Below are positions 25,539 to 32,000 of a DNA stretch of 32,000 bases, piece after piece (positions within the stretch are counted from its first letter, which is position 1; each line of letters begins with the position of its first letter). Source of the stretch: Psychrobacter cryohalolentis K5 (GTDB lineage Bacteria > Pseudomonadota > Gammaproteobacteria > Pseudomonadales > Moraxellaceae); contig NC_007969.1 of the NCBI RefSeq assembly GCF_000013905.1, positions 1,740,001-1,772,000 on the forward strand, written 5' to 3'. The notes below the pieces were generated by a model that did not search any database, was not told the origin of the DNA, and worked only from the letters and a program-made list of their open reading frames with translations. A program made the position numbers and the translations under genes.

Positions 25539-28472
25539 CTAAAAAAGCTGTCTAACACCAAGCCAGTGCTCTGCCAGTATCGTTAAGCAATCATATTCAT
25601 CTTGGCTGACTATCGTATCGTGTAACATCACTGTATGCAATGTACTTAGCCATTGACGATAATTGCTAACTATATATAGATTATCAGTAATGACATCATC
25701 AATATGGCTGTTTTTTATAGCGCTATTATACTCTATTTGACCATCACTCTGCTGCCTGTCTTGATAATTATCACCAGCCTCTTCACTGTCTATGCTTGAT
25801 GATATAAAAACAGGCACTGCTTCTATCAATGCCAATAATTGCACACTATTTAAATTTTGTGCAGTCAATAGTAGCCATTGTAAATTTGCATCGCTCACTG
25901 CTGTTAAATCAATATCAATCAGGCGTGCATGACGGCGTACATATACAACATAATTGGACACACTAAAACTTCTATCCCTCAGAGCTGATGCTACCTGACC
26001 TTTGACATCTTTTGATAATCGGTAGGCTAGTAGCGTTAATATTGTTTTTTCAGCGTTGCCAAGGCTGTTAAAAACCTGACCTGATGGATCAAGCTGGGCA
26101 TAAATATCATCTAAACCAGCTCGTAACTCCAGTTGCCATGATTCATTGGCGCTTGATAAATTATGGTTTAAAACACCAGACAATATAGGCAGTAGTTGCT
26201 GTAAGTGCAGCGCCTGCCATAATGACAAAATTGACGGTGACCGAGAGATTGTATTCTCTGAGCGCGTGAATACTGGTTTAGGCTTATCAATATAACTATC
26301 ATCGTTGGCTATATTATCAGCAAAATTTCTGCTCAAATCGACGATTAACTGGCTTTTAAACAGCTGAGTGATGCCATGCTGATAGCGCATCAGCATGGTA
26401 CGAGATTTTGTTTGCTGTTTATAATATAGATGGCTTTGGTGGCTATGACTACTTTCACTTTTTAAGCGTAATTCATTTATCACGCTTTCGGATAAATTAT
26501 GCTGGGATAGTTGCTTTATAGCCAATATTATCAAAGCACTATCTAACCGCCGATCAATACCAGCAACCACCTCTAGTAACTGCTGATCTATGGCATGCAA
26601 CAATATTTTCTGATCACTCATTGTATCAATTCGAGGTTTTACATTAGACGTAGAGCTACTATCAGTCGTAGTCACTACCCTATCTTTAGGAATACCACTC
26701 CAGATATCTGATAAATCATAAGTGGCAGTGGTAGACAATATGCAACCTTGATGGCATAACATCACCGCCTCAATCAAAGCCTGCGCACCCCGCGGATGAT
26801 AACTGTGATTAAGCACATATTGTGGCAGTGACACCTTGTTTATATCAGCAGTACTGATTAAATTTTTTGCCAGCAGGTCGCTATCATGCTTTGCTTGCCA
26901 TGGCCTTATCAGCTGACGTGTACCAATAGAGATTGCTTTTACTTGTAAACGCCCATCAACTATCATATCCTTCTCTACAGCGAACTCAAGACCTGAGTCC
27001 GTGTCTAACTCACTACTTATCTCTGTATCATTGTTCTTATAAATACTAGGTGATGACTGAGATTGAAGTATGATTTTTTCTGGCGATTCTGTACTTAGGC
27101 TATTATTTCTTCTTTTTAGGCTATTTACTGTTATTACTCCCCAATCACCCAGCCGGCGCTGCTCATAAACTTCTTGTACTTTCTTCTGATTAATACGTTT
27201 TTCTTTGGCAACTTGTATGGCAAAGTCGTGATAAGTATTGGCATTAATGGCGCTCATACGCTCACTCAAACTTGGATGAGTAGCAAACCATGAGACATCA
27301 CCTAGGTCGGCGCCGCTACTGGCAAAGAAAAAATGACTAAGTCCATTAATATCGGCGATACCTGTCAAGCGCGAACCCAAGGAATCTTGATGAATGGCTT
27401 GCAAGGTTTCCATAATTGCTGGCGAGCGTGTGAGCTGTATACTGGTCGCATCGGCTAGCAATTCACGCTCGCGGTTAAAGCTGTGCTTGATTAGTTGGGC
27501 ACTTGCCATACTAGAGAAGCTCAACCCATGTATTAGTAATGTCCAGATATTACGCGGTGCTTGTCGATCTATTACAGGTCTATTTTGCAACCATTTCGAC
27601 TGACGCTTGGCTGAGGACTGCTGTTGTTGTGATTGCTGCTGCCAGTAAGTGACCCACTCACTATGAGTGGTAAAATGGGCGGTTTGCGCCTCTGTACTGC
27701 GTGCAAAATGATCAACTTGTCTCTGTGATAGAGACTGATGGGAAGTGATATCAGTATCAAGAGAACGATGATTGGAAATTGGATCACTCCAGTCATAGAG
27801 TAATTGTAAGCCTGCCAGCACAACCATTAGTTGTAGATTAAACTTGGCATCACCATGTAATAGATGACCATATTCGTGCCCTATCAGACCATATAGCCCC
27901 TCATCAGACAGTTTATCAAGTGCGCCTTGAGTAACTACAAGCGCCATATCTTGACTATGACGACCTGCAATAAATCCATTGATGCCTTGCTCGTTAGGCA
28001 ACACATATAATATTGGCATACTAAAACCTGAAGCAATCGCTAGCTGCTGGGCAATCTCATAATAGCGACGATAAACAGGCGGGAAATCACGCTCATCACG
28101 TACCGCAATTTGGCGTGCACTGAAGCGAACCTTTGGTACAGGCTCATGCTGATGGGCAATCCCTTGACTATGCTCCCACGCATCTTGGCTGTGGTCGATA
28201 AATAGGCGAACCCCGCCCACACGCTGAGCAATAGCGCGACCACCCGCTTCTAAACGTCTGTACTCTAAAAAACTGCCAATGACAAAGCTACCGATTATCC
28301 AGACCACAACCAGTATCAACACCCAATGATCAATGCCACCAGTAAATATCGTCAGCAGCAGCGCCATGATACCCAGCGCTACTGCCAGATGTGCAAAGAC
28401 AATGAGAAAAAATAGCCCATAGAGCAACAGACTTCGCTGAGTACGGGTGCGCTGTTCACCAAAAAAATCCAT
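25539..28472 (-). CDS. Membrane-bound M48 (HtpX-like) zinc metallopeptidase with a ~560-aa C-terminal extension of unknown function
   Basis: - Two N-terminal TM helices.
- HEYGH at 27864-27878.
- Downstream RELLADATS, which probably holds the third zinc ligand.
- THPSLSERM motif.
- A Q-rich insert (YWQQQSQQQQSS) inside the catalytic domain.
- Residues from about 415 to 977 contain no motif I recognise. Confidence 0.8.
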   Translation of the reverse strand: MDFFGEQRTRTQRSLLLYGLFFLIVFAHLAVALGIMALLLTIFTGGIDHWVLILVVVWIIGSFVIGSFLEYRRLEAGGRAIAQRVGGVRLFIDHSQDAWEHSQGIAHQHEPVPKVRFSARQIAVRDERDFPPVYRRYYEIAQQLAIASGFSMPILYVLPNEQGINGFIAGRHSQDMALVVTQGALDKLSDEGLYGLIGHEYGHLLHGDAKFNLQLMVVLAGLQLLYDWSDPISNHRSLDTDITSHQSLSQRQVDHFARSTEAQTAHFTTHSEWVTYWQQQSQQQQSSAKRQSKWLQNRPVIDRQAPRNIWTLLIHGLSFSSMASAQLIKHSFNRERELLADATSIQLTRSPAIMETLQAIHQDSLGSRLTGIADINGLSHFFFASSGADLGDVSWFATHPSLSERMSAINANTYHDFAIQVAKEKRINQKKVQEVYEQRRLGDWGVITVNSLKRRNNSLSTESPEKIILQSQSSPSIYKNNDTEISSELDTDSGLEFAVEKDMIVDGRLQVKAISIGTRQLIRPWQAKHDSDLLAKNLISTADINKVSLPQYVLNHSYHPRGAQALIEAVMLCHQGCILSTTATYDLSDIWSGIPKDRVVTTTDSSSTSNVKPRIDTMSDQKILLHAIDQQLLEVVAGIDRRLDSALIILAIKQLSQHNLSESVINELRLKSESSHSHQSHLYYKQQTKSRTMLMRYQHGITQLFKSQLIVDLSRNFADNIANDDSYIDKPKPVFTRSENTISRSPSILSLWQALHLQQLLPILSGVLNHNLSSANESWQLELRAGLDDIYAQLDPSGQVFNSLGNAEKTILTLLAYRLSKDVKGQVASALRDRSFSVSNYVVYVRRHARLIDIDLTAVSDANLQWLLLTAQNLNSVQLLALIEAVPVFISSSIDSEEAGDNYQDRQQSDGQIEYNSAIKNSHIDDVITDNLYIVSNYRQWLSTLHTVMLHDTIVSQDEYDCLTILAEHWLGVRQLF

Positions 28473-28529
28473 CTAGTTGCCGACTTAAAAATAGCTAAAC
28501 GCATTTAGGCATCCGAACGTAATGAAACA

Positions 28530-29126
28530 TCAGCCCATATTGACGACAGGTGCTTGTGCAATCACATTTCTGTCTTCAAATACTAGCGGGCTTAACGGGC
28601 GAAAGCCAAAAGTCGTGCTAATCAGATTATTGGGAAATACCTCGCGGTCATTGTTGTAGAACATCACGCTGTCATTATAGTGCTGACGGGCAAAGCCAAT
28701 GCGGTTCTCAGTATTGGTCAGCTCATCCATTAACTCTTTAATCATGCTGTCTGCTTTTAGCTCAGGATACGCTTCCACAACCGCTGAGAACTGTCCTAAT
28801 GCTTTGGACAACATACTCTCAGCCTTGGCAAATAGCGCCATGTGTTCAAGCGAGTCTGGCTGATGCTTGCTAGAATCCTGCAGACTCTGAGCATGGTTGC
28901 GCGCACTAATAACGCGTATCAGCGTCTCTTCCTCGTGAGACAAGTAACGTCTTGTAGTTTCGACTAGGTTTGGAATCAAATCATGACGACGTTTTAGCTG
29001 TACATCTATCTGCGCAAAACCATTTTTTGCTTGATTACGGGCGCGTATCAACTTATTAAATATTGATGCACCAAAAATCATTACAAATACAACCACTACA
29101 ATGAATGACCAAACAAACACTTTCAT
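28530..29126 (-). CDS. LemA family protein
   Basis: 198 aa with a single N-terminal TM helix, then FAQIDVQLKRRHDLIPNLVETTRRY...ISARN...AYPELKA...NRI..AR..YN, which is the LemA signature. TGGAGT is the RBS. It sits 57 bp upstream of the M48 gene on the same strand. Confidence 0.85.
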   Translation of the reverse strand: MKVFVWSFIVVVVFVMIFGASIFNKLIRARNQAKNGFAQIDVQLKRRHDLIPNLVETTRRYLSHEEETLIRVISARNHAQSLQDSSKHQPDSLEHMALFAKAESMLSKALGQFSAVVEAYPELKADSMIKELMDELTNTENRIGFARQHYNDSVMFYNNDREVFPNNLISTTFGFRPLSPLVFEDRNVIAQAPVVNMG

Positions 29127-29236
29127 CGTCAGACTCCAATACGCTTTGTATTAATCTTATTGTTAATAAAAGTTACTGTATTGTATTTTAACTTATATAG
29201 TTTACTAAAAGTTCAAAATAAGATAAAAGACAGGCG

Positions 29237-29265
29237 AAAAAAAAGCCCTTTATAATGAAGGGCTT
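29237..29265 (-). terminator. Intrinsic terminator downstream of ffs
   Basis: The minus strand reads AAGCCCTTcattataAAGGGCTTTTTTTTT: an 8-bp stem followed by a T-run of 8 or more. Confidence 0.7.
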
Positions 29266-29325
29266 CTTATTAGGATTCAATATTTGGGCTTATTTATATT
29301 TTATTATCAAATTTTGGGCAAAAAA

Positions 29326-29440
29326 AAGCGACCCCATCAGCACATCCTCGGCACACATTATAACTATTACCGTTGCTACCTTCCGGTCCTGGCGGGATTC
29401 ATAGAACAATGTTGCGAGGCTACCAATGGGGCCACCAGCT
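29326..29440 (-). ncRNA. ffs: Signal recognition particle RNA (4.5S RNA)
   Basis: - The minus strand reads GGUGGCCCCAUUGGUAGCCUCGCAAC...CCAGGACCGGAAGGUAGCAACGG...GUGUGCCGAGGAUGUGCUGAUGGGGUCGCUUUUUUUU.
- It contains the conserved domain IV core (CAGG.CCGGAAGG.AGCA).
- The GUGUGCCG.GGAUGU segment matches E. coli 4.5S.
- The 5' GGCCCCAU pairs with the 3' AUGGGGUC.
- The ends are approximate. Confidence 0.9.
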
Positions 29441-29444
29441 GCAG

Positions 29445-29472
29445 ATTATACAAGAATTTTTTATTATTACAA
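29445..29472 (-). promoter_or_regulatory. Putative sigma-70 promoter of ffs
   Basis: On the minus strand: TTGTAA (29472-29467), a 16-nt spacer, then TATAAT (29450-29445), placed about 5-7 nt upstream of the predicted RNA 5' end. Confidence 0.55.
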
Positions 29473-29669
29473 CCCCAATCGTAAAACTGTTCGCTTTTTA
29501 TACTACATGCGCCTGTAACTTAAGTGACAAAATTCTCACAGCGATACTTTTAAATTTTGCTATTTTAGCTAAGAAGCTTAAATGCTATAAAAAATGCCAA
29601 ATAAATAAAATGCATTTTTATGGCTTTCAAATTAACTTCTTCAAACACAATTACGTCATTCAGGAGATT

Positions 29670-30389
29670 ATGATGAAAAACATATTAACTAGTAAAGCTG
29701 CTCTCAGCACTGGTACAGCGCTTTTATTAACAGCGATGATGGGAAGCGCTCATGCAGCACCAACTGGCTACGACCAACTTACTTTTCAGGCAGAAGTAAA
29801 AGAAGAGATTCAAAACGATGAGGTCACTGCCAGCTTATATAAAAAAGCACAGGCAACTGATGCAAAAGCATTAGCAACCACATTAAACACTTCGATTAAT
29901 AATGCTTTGAAAATCGCTAAACGCTACCCAACTGTCACCGTCAGTACAGGGCAACAGCGTACCTACCCACGCTATGATAAAAATAATAAAATCATTGGAT
30001 GGACAGGACAGGCAAATATAGATCTAAAAAGTACGGATTTTACCGCAACTAGCCAGCTGATTGCTGATTTACAAGAAACCTTAGTGATGGAAAATCTCAG
30101 CTTTGGTGTTTCAGATATCAAAAAGAATGCGCTAGAGCAAAAGCTAATGACCGAAGCTTCTCGCGCCTTTCAGCAGCAAGCTAAAAATATGACCCGTGCT
30201 TGGGATGCACGCGGCTATCGTGTCGTCAATGTCAATCTAAACACTGGTAGCAATTATCCGCGCCCGATGTATAATGCAATGAGTATGAAAGCTGAGAGTG
30301 CTGATGCGTCTGTACCAAGCCAAAACTTTGAATCTGGTAACAGCACCATCTCAGTCACTGCCAATGGTACGATTGAGTTGACTAAATAA
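29670..30389 (+). CDS. SIMPL/DUF541 (YggE-like) periplasmic protein
   Basis: The true start is most likely the ATG at 29670: AGGAG at 29662-29666 lies 3 nt upstream, or 6 nt before the adjacent in-frame ATG at 29673. The signal peptide is MMKNILTSKAALSTGTALLLTAMMGSAHA/AP. The tracked ORF start at 29373 runs through ffs and is spurious. The overall pattern resembles the SIMPL domain. Confidence 0.75.
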   Translation: MMKNILTSKAALSTGTALLLTAMMGSAHAAPTGYDQLTFQAEVKEEIQNDEVTASLYKKAQATDAKALATTLNTSINNALKIAKRYPTVTVSTGQQRTYPRYDKNNKIIGWTGQANIDLKSTDFTATSQLIADLQETLVMENLSFGVSDIKKNALEQKLMTEASRAFQQQAKNMTRAWDARGYRVVNVNLNTGSNYPRPMYNAMSMKAESADASVPSQNFESGNSTISVTANGTIELTK

Positions 30390-30424
30390 AATACAGTCAA
30401 AGTTATATGAAAAGATGAGTATGA

Positions 30425-30465
30425 ATAAAGGCAATCGCTGATATCAGTGATTGCCTTTATTTTTT
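30425..30465. terminator. Bidirectional terminator between the convergent SIMPL and DUF4124 genes
   Basis: ATAAAGGCAATCgctgatatcagtGATTGCCTTTATttttt: 12-bp stem followed by a T-run. Confidence 0.7.
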
Positions 30466-30487
30466 AGATAACATTATTCATCATAGG

Positions 30488-31309
30488 CTACTTTATAGCT
30501 GGTTGCTCAAGAGTCATAGGTGTGTCTACTTGTGGTTTATTAAAGGTTTGCATATTAGGCTGTTTGCCATCTTGACGCAGTTTTAACAACACCTTTTGAT
30601 GCCAAGGCAAGCGCTGATAAGCCAAAAGCTGCTCAGCAATTTTTTTATTATTTTGCAATGTCTGCGTATTTTGAATCACATAAATAGTGCGTGATATCTG
30701 CTTTAACGTCTGCCCTTTCGCGTTTTTAATCACAGCATGAATAACATGAGAGCCCGGTAGGATATCAACCGTAGAAATTGAGGCACTTAAACCTTGGGCC
30801 ATCTCATTACCATCAAGCGTAATACTCACACTATCTCTTACTTGTAGTGCAGGTTTAATTTGTAGAGTGACCACGATACTTTGCGCCGGACGACGATAGG
30901 CACGCTCTTCGCTAGGCTCAATCATCGTCAATTGATAACTGACGCGTGGTGCTTGAATTGCGATTGAAGCACTTGCCATCGCTGGCGGTGTTGCATTGCT
31001 AGTGACCATTGGCTTAGCAGGTGCAATAGGATTACTATCTACTGCGGTGCTGTTATTAGTAGCATTATTGGATGTAGAGCGAGTGTCCGTTATCACAGAA
31101 GTTTCACTAATTTGCTTGCCCGGTTTATTTTCGTAGTTCTGCGGGCGATCGGTAAAGGTGACTTGACCCGTTTTCTCATCAATGACTTTATAAATAGCAG
31201 CGGCATTTGTAACAGGCATCCAAAGACTAGCCGTGCTAACTATAAAACCCGTCAGCAGGCTTAAAGTCACACTTTTATTCAAAAGATTACTTTTTGATAA
31301 TAGAGTCAT
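30488..31309 (-). CDS. DUF4124 domain protein (secreted/periplasmic), function unknown
   Basis: It has a signal peptide, then IYKVIDEKTGQVTFTDRP, which is the DUF4124 Y.W.D..G...FSD.P pattern. A low-complexity S/T/N/A linker follows. As I recall, proteins of this type are often found next to glnA in gammaproteobacteria. Confidence 0.65.
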   Translation of the reverse strand: MTLLSKSNLLNKSVTLSLLTGFIVSTASLWMPVTNAAAIYKVIDEKTGQVTFTDRPQNYENKPGKQISETSVITDTRSTSNNATNNSTAVDSNPIAPAKPMVTSNATPPAMASASIAIQAPRVSYQLTMIEPSEERAYRRPAQSIVVTLQIKPALQVRDSVSITLDGNEMAQGLSASISTVDILPGSHVIHAVIKNAKGQTLKQISRTIYVIQNTQTLQNNKKIAEQLLAYQRLPWHQKVLLKLRQDGKQPNMQTFNKPQVDTPMTLEQPAIK

Positions 31310-31437
31310 AGTCAGTCAGCCTAATAGATACTTATTATTAATATACAGATGAAACTATTATGCGTTACTTTTCATATTAAAGCAGTATCGTCTGCACAGA
31401 AATTTTGTCAGCTCAGTCAACACACATATTCAAGAGC

Positions 31438-31476
31438 AAAAAAAAACCAGCTAAGATCTACTTAACTGGTTTTTTA
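31438..31476 (-). terminator. Intrinsic terminator after glnA
   Basis: aaaaaaaAACCAGCTAAGatctaCTTAACTGGTTtttt: 11-bp stem with one mismatch. The A9 run on the plus strand gives a T-run on the minus strand. Confidence 0.7.
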
Positions 31477-31505
31477 TTAAAATCATTGAGCGTATCAGCT
31501 ATAAA

Positions 31506-32000
31506 TTAGCAGCTGTAATACAAGTCAAACTCAACTGGATGAACAGTAATGTTGACGCGCTGTGCTTCTTCTTGTTTTAGAGCAATATAAGCCTCTAACA
31601 TCTCTTTAGTGAATACATCGCCTTTTAATAAGAACTCATGATCATCTTTTAGTGCTTGTAGCGCCACTTCTAAGTTTTCAGCGACCGTTGGGATTAGTGC
31701 TTCTTCTTCTGGTGGCAAATCATATAAATTTTTGTCAGCTGCTTCACCTGGATGCATTTTGTTTTGAATACCGTCAATACCAGCCATCAACAACGCCGCA
31801 AACGCTAGATATGGGTTGGCTGCTGGATCAGGGAAACGTGCTTCAACACGCACTGCTTTTGGGCTACTAACGTGCGGAATACGGATAGACGCTGAACGGT
31901 TAGATGCTGAGTACGCAAGCTTGATAGGCGCTTCATAATGTGGCACAAGGCGCTTATAGCTGTTGGTTGATGGATTGGTAATCGCATTAAGTGCACGAGC
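31506..32000 (-). CDS. glnA: Glutamine synthetase type I, C-terminal part (5' end beyond window)
   Basis: The frame stays open to the window edge: [42 protein letters not shown]...[11 protein letters not shown]...[12 protein letters not shown]. The NRSASIRIP motif and the adenylylation-site region KNLYDLP are GlnA hallmarks. Confidence 0.9.
   Translation of the reverse strand, partial: ARALNAITNPSTNSYKRLVPHYEAPIKLAYSASNRSASIRIPHVSSPKAVRVEARFPDPAANPYLAFAALLMAGIDGIQNKMHPGEAADKNLYDLPPEEEALIPTVAENLEVALQALKDDHEFLLKGDVFTKEMLEAYIALKQEEAQRVNITVHPVEFDLYYSC

Noticed and set aside
29284-29484. Tracked 66-aa plus-strand ORF, and the first 99 codons of the 29373-30389 ORF
   Set aside because: Both lie antisense over the SRP RNA gene and its promoter. 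They have no RBS. A much better start with AGGAG and a signal peptide exists at 29670.
1-32000. Search for mobile elements, a defence island, a prophage, tRNA/rRNA genes or sigma-54 promoters
   Set aside because: I found no transposase, integrase or phage-like ORFs and no IS-type terminal inverted repeats around any gene block. I found no tRNA-like T-arm motifs. The few TGGCAC strings lack the TTGC partner at the correct spacing.

Overview
This is a 32-kb chromosomal segment. Gene content and protein sequences look most like a Moraxellaceae gammaproteobacterium, possibly Psychrobacter, but that is inference from memory only.

It holds about 26 genes, nearly all on the minus strand and mostly housekeeping. 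In coordinate order they are:
- aspA (3' part), a GlcG/DUF336 gene, a decayed MFS transporter remnant, and a (TAGCAAC)15 heptanucleotide array.
- hrpA, a low-GC DUF1543 gene, a DASS/SLC13 transporter, an untracked 53-aa acidic ORF, and a YoaK/DUF1275 gene.
- fabI, folE, a YadA-type trimeric autotransporter with a 50-triplet collagen-like tract, exported msrAB, and an Fe-type alcohol dehydrogenase.
- yejA-gloB-yejB-yejE-yejF, serC, a HolD(psi)-like protein, and a 977-aa M48 metallopeptidase with an upstream LemA gene.
- The SRP (4.5S) RNA gene ffs, which is absent from the ORF track and masked by two spurious plus-strand ORFs.
- A SIMPL/DUF541 protein, a DUF4124 protein, and glnA (3' part).

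I saw no CRISPR array, rRNA, tRNA, transposase, integrase or phage genes, and no recognisable multi-gene defence island. Overall this reads as an ordinary core region.

The observations most worth a second look are:
- The collagen-like/TAA fusion adhesin.
- The LemA plus giant M48 module, whose roughly 560-aa C-terminal extension is compositionally distinct.
- The CTAG-rich heptamer array bracketed by a perfect 12-bp inverted repeat.

All family assignments rest on motifs I recognise by eye, not on searches. Hand-counted hairpin coordinates may be off by a few nucleotides.
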